IMG/VR virus record: IMGVR_UViG_3300028888_001839
Coordinates: 32,001 to 96,000 of that record
DNA from: a virus
Lineage: Duplodnaviria > Heunggongvirae > Uroviricota > Caudoviricetes
DNA length: 64,000 nt
Strand: one strand, 5' to 3'
Part shown: piece after piece, positions 1 to 8,754 of the stretch
Layout: the number at the start of each line of letters is the position of its first letter
How positions within the stretch are numbered: the stretch's first letter is position 1
Translations under genes and position numbers: made by a program
Notes under the pieces: model-generated
What the model saw: the letters and a program-made list of their open reading frames with translations, nothing else
What the model was told of the DNA's origin: nothing
Databases searched by the model: none

Positions 1-818
1 TTGGTCAGACGGCACGATTTGGGTCTATCTCCATTCTCGGATTGAAGTATGAGACTATCTCAGAATTCATTAAGCTCGCAACAATGGAAAGGGGCGCAGC
101 ACTAAGCGAGCGCATGAGAGTAAGGCTTGAGGTTGGCTACTTCTCTGGTGGTGGTAAACTGGTTGAAGTGTTGAATGGGTTTGTATATTATGCAACTGTC
201 GCTTCGCCGCCCCAAATGTGGCTTAATCTGAAGATATCCGAATACGATCCTGATGGGGCAAAAGCAATCAAGATGGCAAACGTGACCTCTAATGTCCCGA
301 TGAGGGAATTCCTGACTCAGGTGACGGATGCTATATCCTCCCCAGACGACGGCGAAGGCATAGAGTGTACATGGGAAGACATGACAGAAGATGGTGTCGT
401 GGACAGCGACGATGAAATAAAGACTATAGAGCTCAACGAAAAAGAGTCGCTTGGTGGCATAATAAACAAGCTCAATAGCTGCTACGACAAGGCACAGTTT
501 ATCATAAGAAACAGCCGTGAAGAAGATATCCTCGTCATCGAAGCTCATGACAAGGATGCAAAGAAACGAACTAAAGGAACTGTCCAGGTTGATGCGAACA
601 ACGGGCTCCTGTCGGTAACAGGACTTGACCCAGTAGGTGGCTGCGTCACGACTTTCATAGATGGAGGAGCAATAGATGAACTTTGTCGGCTGAACCTTAC
701 CAGCAAACTTAATCCGCAGGCGAATGGGACATATCTGATTATTAAGAAACAGTATGTAGGGCATTTCATGGGACAGGAGTGGTATACTAGGTACTTCTGC
801 TCCGCTAGAGAGGATTAG
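1..818 (+). CDS. Baseplate hub / tail-tip protein (gp44-like), 5'-truncated by the window
   Basis: Frame is open from base 3 (GQTARFGSISILGLKYETI...). Contains the 'RLEVGY...LNGFVYYATVASPPQMWL' pattern typical of myovirus hub proteins and lies directly before the spike gene. Confidence 0.65.
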   Translation, partial: GQTARFGSISILGLKYETISEFIKLATMERGAALSERMRVRLEVGYFSGGGKLVEVLNGFVYYATVASPPQMWLNLKISEYDPDGAKAIKMANVTSNVPMREFLTQVTDAISSPDDGEGIECTWEDMTEDGVVDSDDEIKTIELNEKESLGGIINKLNSCYDKAQFIIRNSREEDILVIEAHDKDAKKRTKGTVQVDANNGLLSVTGLDPVGGCVTTFIDGGAIDELCRLNLTSKLNPQANGTYLIIKKQYVGHFMGQEWYTRYFCSARED

Positions 819-2287
819 TGGGTTTTATGATTGACGACAATGCACCAGAGACTCAGATAGAACCGGGATTCCAGAATGCCCCGAATGACCTTACGATTGC
901 GATGAAAGCTTTCGGAACTGGGTTGATGAGAGGTCTTCATATCTGCTTCCCTGCCTGCGTGTATTCTTTCGATCGGACAACGCACATTGCAAAGGTAATG
1001 CCGCTAGTGAAGCAGGCCTTCTACAACGGAGAATGGATATACCTGCGAAGGCAGCCTTTCGACACCACTGTCAGAAATATCCAGGCAGGCGGTTTCACCA
1101 TAGACTTCCCCCTCTTTGTCGGAGACACGGGCTGGGTATTTGCGAGCGACAGAGATACGCAGCTTCTTAAGCGTGAGGGGGCCCTTACCAATTCGGTTCT
1201 TGCTGCGGATAGGAACATCGCCACAATAGAGGATAAATACCAGCAGAAACCAAACACCTTGCAGATAAACAAGTGGACATTTGGATTCTTTCTTCCCGAC
1301 AACTGGGGCAAATGGGAAACACATCGTTTCAAGGATAGCCCAGGTGTAGCAATAGGCAATGCCCTATACATAGGTTCGTCCATAGACACGGAAGATGAGG
1401 ATGATGCCGGCGGCCAGAAAGGAGATGGGTATGAGCAGAAGACGACTTCTTCCGTTGTCCTGCAGAAAGGTGGAGGAGCCTATGTCCTATCCAGCACCAA
1501 GACAAAGCCAGATGACGCAAAGGGGCGTAGCCGGACCTCCAAGGTTTCGGTAGTTGGAGACACCGTTGAAATCGCCGTGAGCGACATGACGGAAGACACT
1601 CCGATAGATGCCTCCATAACAATAGGGACGGAATCTGGAATCGTCATACGTCAGGACAATCCGAAGGACAATCTAAACTTTATCGCTTCCGTGCAGGAAG
1701 ATCAGTTCACGATGAGGCTCATGGACATAGAGAACAAGAAGACCGTGAGCATGGCGTTCGAGAATGGGCAGTTGGATGTCCACACGACAGATGCGGTGAA
1801 CATCTTCTCCCAGAAGGACGTGAACATCAAGGGCGCGGAACATGCCTATGTAACCGCAAATGATGCCAGAGTGGTGGCAGAGGACACGGCATCAGTGGCT
1901 GCCAAGACCGTATCGGCATCTGCCGAAGAAACCGTGAACATTGCTGCTGGGCAGAAGATTAACCTTACTGCGCCTAATGCGATAAGTCTCGTGACGGCCT
2001 CAGATGTCACGATTATGGCGAAGAAGAAAGGCGCAAGCATAAAGGTTGACACCCTTTCGAAGGACGCTAAGATTGAGGTGAAATCAAAGGGAGATAATGC
2101 TAATATCAGTCTGGAGGCAGAGAAAGCCAACATCAGAATAAAAGCCCAAAAGGAAGTTGCGATAACCGGAGAGCAGGTTAAAATATCCGGGAAGTTTTCG
2201 GTTAGCGGAGAATCGTCTTTCTCTGGAGCTACGACCGTCAACGGGCATTCATTGAACTACAATACAGCACATGCACACTGGGTGTAA
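818..2287 (+). CDS. Baseplate central spike (Gp138/gp45/gpV-like)
   Basis: Gp138-type N-terminus (CFPACVYSFD...VMPLVK...GGFTIDFPLFVGDTGWVFASDRD), a long beta-helix-like repeat region, and a C-terminal HxH metal-binding tip (AHAHWV). Confidence 0.8.
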   Translation: MGFMIDDNAPETQIEPGFQNAPNDLTIAMKAFGTGLMRGLHICFPACVYSFDRTTHIAKVMPLVKQAFYNGEWIYLRRQPFDTTVRNIQAGGFTIDFPLFVGDTGWVFASDRDTQLLKREGALTNSVLAADRNIATIEDKYQQKPNTLQINKWTFGFFLPDNWGKWETHRFKDSPGVAIGNALYIGSSIDTEDEDDAGGQKGDGYEQKTTSSVVLQKGGGAYVLSSTKTKPDDAKGRSRTSKVSVVGDTVEIAVSDMTEDTPIDASITIGTESGIVIRQDNPKDNLNFIASVQEDQFTMRLMDIENKKTVSMAFENGQLDVHTTDAVNIFSQKDVNIKGAEHAYVTANDARVVAEDTASVAAKTVSASAEETVNIAAGQKINLTAPNAISLVTASDVTIMAKKKGASIKVDTLSKDAKIEVKSKGDNANISLEAEKANIRIKAQKEVAITGEQVKISGKFSVSGESSFSGATTVNGHSLNYNTAHAHWV

Positions 2288-2320
2288 TTTCGTTTCCTTT
2301 AGGGCAATAATTGAACAACC

Positions 2321-3577
2321 ATGGACTACACCGACCTATACAACTTCCAGACGAGTACGGGCATAATCGTCCCGAATGATTCGTCCGTTCTTCTAGGGAT
2401 TCAGAAGAAGTTTCAGGAGATATTCGGTACGGACATAGACCTGTCTGCCGAGACTCCCGTTGGACGTCTCATCGAGGCTTTCGCAGTTGTGGTGAAGACT
2501 ACTCTTGGCATTACCGCCCAGACCGCAAACCAGTTCAACGTGAACGAGGCTACGGGAATCTATCTCGATGCGATAGCCCAGATATACGACTTGAAGCGGA
2601 TAGCAGGTACAAAGACCAAGATTACTATCAAGTGCTACTTCTCCGACAATGTGACGGGCACGACCACTATTCCCGCTGGTTCTCTCATAATGAGCACGTC
2701 CAACGGAAAGATGTTCAGCATTGACAGCGCCATAACCAACACAGGAGCGGAGGTTGAGGAATCAACGGGGCGGCATTATGCGGTAGGCACCGCAACCGCA
2801 ACGCAGACTGGACCCATCGTTGCGCCAGCGGGTACAGTCAACTCCATTCAGACTTCCGTGATGGGATGGAACGGCGTTACTAACATCGGCCCTACTTACA
2901 CCGGTACCGACATAGAGACGGACGAGGCTTTCCGCAACCGCATAATGACTTCCCGCCCAGTAGGAATCGGTTTCAACACTCACCTTGTTTCCGCATTGAA
3001 TAGGCTAGACGGAGTTTACTCCAACTGCGTTCTTGAGAACAACACCGGCACCGACATGGTGAAGAAGGACATTGTGATTCCGCCGCACTCCATATTTGTC
3101 GGGATAGACTGCATCGAAACCAACGACCTTCTCGCTGAGATTGCGGAGGAAGTTTCGAGGGCTAAGCCAATCGGGGTTGGAATGGTGCATGAGGGCGTTA
3201 CCGCCGCAACTCTCATAAGCCGAGAGGTGAAGTACGGCTACAACAACGGCTATTCGCAGACTATCCATTTCTACAAGGCGAAGAAAACCGCCATCATGGT
3301 AGACCTCACGTACTCATTCGGAAAGTACACGGGAGACAACATCTCGAACGACATTGCGGAAGTCATTTCCGAATACGTTGATTCCGTAGGGGTAGGCGGA
3401 ACCGTGTACGGCACGATGATAGCCAACGAGCTCATCAACCGCCTTAACATCGGCATCGGGACTGTGTGGCTGCAGAAGGAGGGCAGCAACATTCCCGCCG
3501 ACAACTCCGTGGAGATGATGGGCTATGAGACTCCATATGCCATAGCCGACAACATTTCTATCACCGAAATCACCTAG
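2321..3577 (+). CDS. Baseplate J-like wedge protein
   Basis: 'IFGTDIDLSAETPVGRLI', 'ATGIYLDAIAQIYDLKR', 'GPIVAPAGTVNSI' and 'GTDIETDEAFRNR' are hallmark baseplate J motifs. Confidence 0.9.
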   Translation: MDYTDLYNFQTSTGIIVPNDSSVLLGIQKKFQEIFGTDIDLSAETPVGRLIEAFAVVVKTTLGITAQTANQFNVNEATGIYLDAIAQIYDLKRIAGTKTKITIKCYFSDNVTGTTTIPAGSLIMSTSNGKMFSIDSAITNTGAEVEESTGRHYAVGTATATQTGPIVAPAGTVNSIQTSVMGWNGVTNIGPTYTGTDIETDEAFRNRIMTSRPVGIGFNTHLVSALNRLDGVYSNCVLENNTGTDMVKKDIVIPPHSIFVGIDCIETNDLLAEIAEEVSRAKPIGVGMVHEGVTAATLISREVKYGYNNGYSQTIHFYKAKKTAIMVDLTYSFGKYTGDNISNDIAEVISEYVDSVGVGGTVYGTMIANELINRLNIGIGTVWLQKEGSNIPADNSVEMMGYETPYAIADNISITEIT

Positions 3578-3594
3578 ACGGGGGTAGATGTTGG

Positions 3595-5271
3595 ATGAAG
3601 ATTCACGAGATAGACAATTCGCTGAACAACCTTGGCAAGACCGTCCTGTGGCAGTATGACCGGGCGGTTCGGCTATTGTCCGTGATGAAGCACATGCAGG
3701 TTCTCTACCACTGCGCCGTGGAGCAGTTCTGGCAGTTCTGGACTGAGAAGGTTCTGGCAATAGACACTTGCGGTGCATTGGGATGTTCCGTATGGGGAAT
3801 CTTCCTCGGAGTGCCGAGACCTACGGTGAAGGACGAAGACGGGAAAGACCGTCTCATTGTCACGTCAGTATACAGGCGAATCCTCAAGGGCGCTTTCTAT
3901 CTGATGAAGACCAGCAGTTCGTTCGGCGACATACTTGGGTATCTCGAAATCGTGTTCGGGGTTGGCGGAGAAGAGAACCTGTCAAAGTGGTCTGTGTACG
4001 TTAGCGAATACGGATGGACGACGAACATAGACGAACTTAACGACGTGTACAAGAGCGGAATCGCCTATGCCAAGGGCGACATATTCTCATATGACAGGCT
4101 AGGGGAGGGAATACTTCGCAACTGGAAATGCACAAGGGACATATCCAAGGCTGAGAACACATCGTTCGATGCGATAGCCGACTATGTTGTTTCCACCAAT
4201 GAGCCGACAAATGGAGTGGCAGATGACGAAACGCTCTTGCTAAAGCTCTACGACCCAGAGGGGATCTGCCGCAAGATCGGCGGAGCTCCGAACAACTCAC
4301 TTTCGATAACTGTCGAATATGAATTCGGTGAAACCACGATACGAGCGGTAGCGACCAGACGGCGGAAATGCGGAGTGACGCTCACCGACAACGAAGACTT
4401 GTCGATGGAATACGGCAAGTCTGCATACTATGATGAGATGCACAGAGACCAGAAACTGCTGTTCGAGCAGCGTCTCTCTGACTTCTGCCCCTTCCCTCTC
4501 GGAATCAAGAGCAACATTCCTGTCGGGAGGTGGGTTTTTGGGTTCAAAGGGCAGGACTTCATACGATATGAACCGAACAAGGCTTTCGAGAAAGGGCAGG
4601 TCTTCGGGCATGTCTTGACCGACTATAACTGCTGCAACTATGTGTGCCTAGAAGACATAACTGCAGAAGAAAACACGTCGTTTGAGGCGATAGAGGGGAA
4701 GGTGCAGAAGACATACGGCGGCGGCCCTCTCGTCCAGTCTTTTGGAGAGATGACGCCGCCTTACATGGACCTGCGGTCGCTCTATAGCAAGTATGCAATC
4801 AAGCCGATTTCAATGATAGCGGTCAACTCTCAAGGATGGTATTCTGTGATTCCGCCCAAGAACATGTTCCTAGGATTGGAGAATGGGCTAGTCAAGATAT
4901 TCAAGAACACGAGGGACATTTACTTATTTGTGAGTTGGTCTGGTGAAGATGACAATCCAATAGCTGACTTAACTGGCGGAACCAACGTGAACTATTATGG
5001 AGCGGACACCTCATCAATGGAAGCCCATCTCAAATCGTTCGCTAGGGTGGCGCGATTGAACAACTGTCAGGTAGTCCCGTATAGCCTTGCAATCACTCCG
5101 CAGCCAAACACCACCTACGGAACAGGCACGTCGATTCTGGTGAATGGAAAGTGGCGGACATTCAACATAACGTTCACCACGGGAAATGAAGTATCGTTGC
5201 AGGCAATCATAGAGGCATCTTCGCCGGAATCAAATGCGGGGATTCACCTCTGGTATCCATATAGCATCTAG
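3595..5271 (+). CDS. Baseplate wedge protein (DUF2612/gp48-like) with inserted small repeat domains
   Basis: Follows baseplate J. Has 'LWQYDRAVRLL...IDTCGALGCSVWGIFLGVPR...YRRILK' and two copies of a 'Y/FxKGxxF...CxxDIxxxENTSFxAI' module. Confidence 0.65.
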   Translation: MKIHEIDNSLNNLGKTVLWQYDRAVRLLSVMKHMQVLYHCAVEQFWQFWTEKVLAIDTCGALGCSVWGIFLGVPRPTVKDEDGKDRLIVTSVYRRILKGAFYLMKTSSSFGDILGYLEIVFGVGGEENLSKWSVYVSEYGWTTNIDELNDVYKSGIAYAKGDIFSYDRLGEGILRNWKCTRDISKAENTSFDAIADYVVSTNEPTNGVADDETLLLKLYDPEGICRKIGGAPNNSLSITVEYEFGETTIRAVATRRRKCGVTLTDNEDLSMEYGKSAYYDEMHRDQKLLFEQRLSDFCPFPLGIKSNIPVGRWVFGFKGQDFIRYEPNKAFEKGQVFGHVLTDYNCCNYVCLEDITAEENTSFEAIEGKVQKTYGGGPLVQSFGEMTPPYMDLRSLYSKYAIKPISMIAVNSQGWYSVIPPKNMFLGLENGLVKIFKNTRDIYLFVSWSGEDDNPIADLTGGTNVNYYGADTSSMEAHLKSFARVARLNNCQVVPYSLAITPQPNTTYGTGTSILVNGKWRTFNITFTTGNEVSLQAIIEASSPESNAGIHLWYPYSI

Positions 5272-5279
5272 GAGAACAC

Positions 5280-6089
5280 ATGACAAGTTTCGACAATGTT
5301 CCTCTCGTACTTACGCCGTTCGCGGACAGCGATGCCTCCAAGGACTTTTCGTTCTTCGAGTCAGGGATAACTCGCCAGATGACGGTTCCTGCGGAAAACG
5401 GAGGGGCTAGGTTCACCAGACACCAGATGAATGGCATAGGGTATCTCGCTACGCTCGGAGCATTTCTCGATAGGGTAGGTTATCCGTATGGTAGGGAACG
5501 GCTAGACCCATCGTCGTTTGGCGGATACCCCAAGGGCGCAATCCTAATGACGCAGGAAAACAATCGTGTCCGTGAATACATCAGTCTGGTAGACAACAAC
5601 ACACACCCCCTCCCGACGGAAGATGAGGACGGAACCTATGTAGGAAACGAGTGGTGGGCTCCCACGATACCCACGGATTCCGTATCATTCTATCCGAGCT
5701 TTGCGAATCCTAAATATGTGACGGGAGCAACGATCGGTCCTATCGGGTATAATGGGAGTACATATACCGACTTAACCGTTTCCGAAACTGGCTGGTACTG
5801 CATAGAGAGAGTATTTCGGCTAGCTGATGGTTCCCAGTTTAAGACCATTCTTAACCTAGCGGATATGCGTCTTTCGCTGCAGATGAACGGAGACGGTCTG
5901 TCAAATGGTTGGTTTGTTGTCGCCGAACCTCTCGACGGTCTGTTAGGAGAAAAGGCAAGTTGCATCATTCCTCTGTCCGCAGGAGCATTGTTGCGCTTTG
6001 TATTTTCCAGCATGTATTTCACAGTGCCAGACACGAAGGTATACTGCGACGTGTCAATTAGCAAACTTCAGGCAATGGAACTTCAGTAA
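5280..6089 (+). CDS. Tail fibre / baseplate-attached protein
   Basis: 'QMNGIGY...GGYPKGAIL...YISLVDNNT' is a common N-terminal attachment motif of myovirus tail fibres. Confidence 0.65.
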   Translation: MTSFDNVPLVLTPFADSDASKDFSFFESGITRQMTVPAENGGARFTRHQMNGIGYLATLGAFLDRVGYPYGRERLDPSSFGGYPKGAILMTQENNRVREYISLVDNNTHPLPTEDEDGTYVGNEWWAPTIPTDSVSFYPSFANPKYVTGATIGPIGYNGSTYTDLTVSETGWYCIERVFRLADGSQFKTILNLADMRLSLQMNGDGLSNGWFVVAEPLDGLLGEKASCIIPLSAGALLRFVFSSMYFTVPDTKVYCDVSISKLQAMELQ

Positions 6090-7294
6090 TGACCCTAGAA
6101 CAGGCAGATAAGATTGCGGACATAATCCTTTCCGCCCCGAAGGTGTTCGATTCTCTTCCGATGCAGTTCCCAAATGCATCGGGCATCACGAGCGAGTCCG
6201 CAGCCTATGGGGAAGGTAACATAGACAATTCGGCTTGGCTCAAAGGACTTACTTATCTTAGTCAGATTGGGCAACTATCTGGCAATGGAGTTTATGCCTG
6301 CAAGAATGGATTCCAGATAGGATATGAGAGACCAATAAAAGACGGAGATGTAACACCGTTAAGTGTCTTACACATGCCCTACGGACGATATGCGACACTC
6401 GACGATATCAAGATGATGGCATATGTCGGCATAGAGAATTATAGGGCGAAAGCGATGGGGCATCGCTGGCGCTTCAACGAGAAGGGCGTCAATACCGTAA
6501 ACGACACCTATGCCTACCATAGGGGGAGCATCGTAAGGCAGGAGGACGGGAAGCGCTGGATAAAGTGCAGGGAAGGGAACGTGACTCCTATTCCAGGAGT
6601 TACAATAGACGGATGGGTAGGAAGGAAGGGCGGCACTCATTCATCGGTAGACCCTCTGCTATGGTCTGCTTTCACGAGAAGACCAGCATATAGGAAACCG
6701 ACGGCTGTGAACATTCCGTTGCTAGATGGAGTTTCGTTTCCGTTCGAGAAGGTAACTAGGTTTGTCAAAGCCGCAACGATAGAAGGGCATAACGACTTGG
6801 TCCAGTTAAGAGACGTATGGGACTATGCCGATATGACCGGCAAGACTTCGGAAGCCATTTATACGAACGGAAATAGAATCCTCAACTATGAGGGCAGGTT
6901 AGTTGTTCGTATCTCAGAAGTAGACGAACTCGAGAAAGAAGCTACACAGGAAGAGATAGAGGCGAACAGCATGGTATGGGTTACGAGCCAAGCGATTCCT
7001 ATCTATGTTGATTACTATCTTTCAACCGCCGACAATAGGATAGACGAGCATAAGTCCCTTACCCCTACGTATGCTTCTAGCTATTCTACTTATGTTCACA
7101 AAGGAAGTGTGACAAGGTGGACTAGAGTGTTCCGCTCGAACTTCATTCCTCTGGCAGAGGGGCGGACATACTATGTCTACATTGAGAGGGAAGATAGCCG
7201 AGCGTCCACCTATAATGGCATGGAACGAACAATGACTGGCGGGAATCTGGTTGCATTGAGAATCCCTACGGACACAATTGCTCCTAACTTCTAG
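6089..7294 (+). CDS. Tail fibre-like protein, probable divergent paralog of 5280..6089
   Basis: TAATG overlap with the upstream gene. 'AMGHRWRFNE...AYHRGSIV...WIKCREGNV' parallels the GYPKGAIL segment. Confidence 0.45.
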   Translation: MTLEQADKIADIILSAPKVFDSLPMQFPNASGITSESAAYGEGNIDNSAWLKGLTYLSQIGQLSGNGVYACKNGFQIGYERPIKDGDVTPLSVLHMPYGRYATLDDIKMMAYVGIENYRAKAMGHRWRFNEKGVNTVNDTYAYHRGSIVRQEDGKRWIKCREGNVTPIPGVTIDGWVGRKGGTHSSVDPLLWSAFTRRPAYRKPTAVNIPLLDGVSFPFEKVTRFVKAATIEGHNDLVQLRDVWDYADMTGKTSEAIYTNGNRILNYEGRLVVRISEVDELEKEATQEEIEANSMVWVTSQAIPIYVDYYLSTADNRIDEHKSLTPTYASSYSTYVHKGSVTRWTRVFRSNFIPLAEGRTYYVYIEREDSRASTYNGMERTMTGGNLVALRIPTDTIAPNF

Positions 7295-7450
7295 CCTATT
7301 TTTGACATACTCCCAATGCTGAAGCCGTTGGGATTCTTGGTTCAGACGGTTCATGCCACCAACTCCTCTATGGAGTTTCTGGTCTTACTAGAACCTCGCC
7401 AATTGGCAGATGTCCCTGCCGTAAGAATGTTCATCGCCGCATTCACGTCG
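7282..7450 (-). ncRNA. Predicted TnpB omega/reRNA (right-end scaffold plus flank-derived guide)
   Basis: By established TnpB biology the RNA overlaps the tnpB 3' end and right-end hairpin, and the guide is the flank after TCAA (AAAUAGGCUAGAAGUUAGGA). The 5' boundary is approximate. Confidence 0.65.
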
Positions 7451-8514
7451 CGGTCATGCCTTGCTCCGCAATTTGGACACACCCACTCGCGGACTCGAAG
7501 GTTCTTTGTGTCGGGATTCTTGCACCCGCACTTGTGGCACGTCTGGCTACTAGCAAGCCACCTGTCTACCTTGCGGACTTCCTTCCCGTTCTTCTCCGCA
7601 AGATACTCCAGCTTGGCTACAAAGTCAGCAAAGCCGTAGTCCGACACCTTCCGCCCCCAGAGCCTCTTCATTCCGTCCAGGTTCAAGTCCTCTATACAGA
7701 TTACATCAAACTCCTTGACGATTGAACGGGCAACCTTCCATTGCCAGTCGTTCCTAAGATCCTCTATGCGGCGGTAGAGCCGTGCCACGGCAAGCCTAGC
7801 CTTATGACGTTTGTGGCTTCCCTTCACCTTCCTCGTCAGCCTCTTTTGTGCCTTTGCCAGTTCCTTCATGCTCCTCTTAAAGAACAGGGGCATCTCTATC
7901 GTGATTCCGTCGTGTCTCGTCAGAAACGTCTTAAGCCCAAAGTCGAACCCCGCAGCCTTACCCGTCATGGGTATCTCTTGGACGTCGTTCCAGTCCGTCA
8001 GCATGATGAACCAGATGTCTCCGCACCTGTCCCTCTTTATCGTCAGTCTCTTTACCTTTCCTTTTATCTCCTGTGACTTGTGAAAGCCGTATATCCGACC
8101 TTGAAGTACAACATGGTTCCCGTCTATCTTGTACCCCGCCTGTAGAAGAGTGTAGGACTTGTTGTGGCTTGCCTTGCGGCACTTAGGAGGTCTTACTCTG
8201 TCGGTTGTCTTACCAGACTTCTTCCTCTTACAGTAGGAGAAGAAGTTCCGTAGACCCTTGTACACCCGCCCTATGCACTCCTGAACTGCCTGTGACGGCA
8301 GCCCCTCCACCATTCTTGCAGTGCGGCAGGCAACCTTCTTCTTCTTCGCTATGTGGTTGGACAGTTCAAATGCAGACAGGGGCTTCCTGTAGCACTTGTA
8401 GTATCCTTCCATCATTTTCACGGCATAATTCCGCACAAGCCCAAAGCGGGTGATGAGACGGTCTTGCGCTCCGTCTTTCGCCCTGTCATATGCCTTGAAC
8501 TTGTAGACCTTCAT
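7351..8514 (-). CDS. tnpB: RNA-guided endonuclease TnpB
   Basis: Likely start MKVYKFKAY at 8514. RuvC-I GFDFGLKTF, RuvC-II ICIEDLNL, zinc ribbon CHKC...CPNC and RuvC-III HDRDVNAAMNI are all present. Confidence 0.95.
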   Translation of the reverse strand: MKVYKFKAYDRAKDGAQDRLITRFGLVRNYAVKMMEGYYKCYRKPLSAFELSNHIAKKKKVACRTARMVEGLPSQAVQECIGRVYKGLRNFFSYCKRKKSGKTTDRVRPPKCRKASHNKSYTLLQAGYKIDGNHVVLQGRIYGFHKSQEIKGKVKRLTIKRDRCGDIWFIMLTDWNDVQEIPMTGKAAGFDFGLKTFLTRHDGITIEMPLFFKRSMKELAKAQKRLTRKVKGSHKRHKARLAVARLYRRIEDLRNDWQWKVARSIVKEFDVICIEDLNLDGMKRLWGRKVSDYGFADFVAKLEYLAEKNGKEVRKVDRWLASSQTCHKCGCKNPDTKNLRVREWVCPNCGARHDRDVNAAMNILTAGTSANWRGSSKTRNSIEELVA

Positions 8515-8645
8515 AGGCAAATCAAAAAGCCTCCATGTGGAAGGTGGAAAATTGGCTTTCGGCCAAGACTTCCGCACAAAGGCTAAATCTGTTAATCGTG
8601 TATCGCATAGGTTTTCCACTTCCTACGGAAACCAGAACGGTTCAT

Positions 8646-8674
8646 ATTATGCCAAAAAGTATGCTCCACGTCAA
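8646..8674 (-). promoter_or_regulatory. sigma70-type promoter for tnpB
   Basis: Minus strand TTGACG-17 nt-CATAAT with an extended -10 TG, just inside the left end. Confidence 0.6.
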
Positions 8675-8754
8675 CTGCCTTAGTTCGCTTTCTCCCCAAT
8701 CCTAAAGGGATTGGGTTCTCTCGTTCAATCTTTTATATTTCGGCATTTAGTAAC

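Larger units (their letters stand above)
7302..8723 (-). mobile_element. Non-autonomous IS200/IS605-family element (tnpB only, IS1341-like)
   Basis: Minus-strand right end GAAT-CCCAACGGCTTCAGCATTGGG-AGTATG-TCAA finishes at 7302. Left-end hairpin CCCAATCCCTTTAGGATTGGG lies at ~8695-8715. No tnpA. The left boundary is inferred from a possible TTGAA motif at 8724-8728 and is uncertain. Confidence 0.85.

Noticed and set aside
2996-3009. TTGAATAGGCTAGA in baseplate J shares 11 nt with the predicted TnpB guide and contains the putative TAM
   Set aside because: TAM and guide match are 3 nt out of register and the match ends at 11 nt; most likely chance.
8515-8619. N-terminal extension of tnpB in the ORF track, or a tnpA remnant
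   Set aside because: TnpB similarity starts at MKVYKFK (8514). No HUH or serine-recombinase motif is visible upstream.
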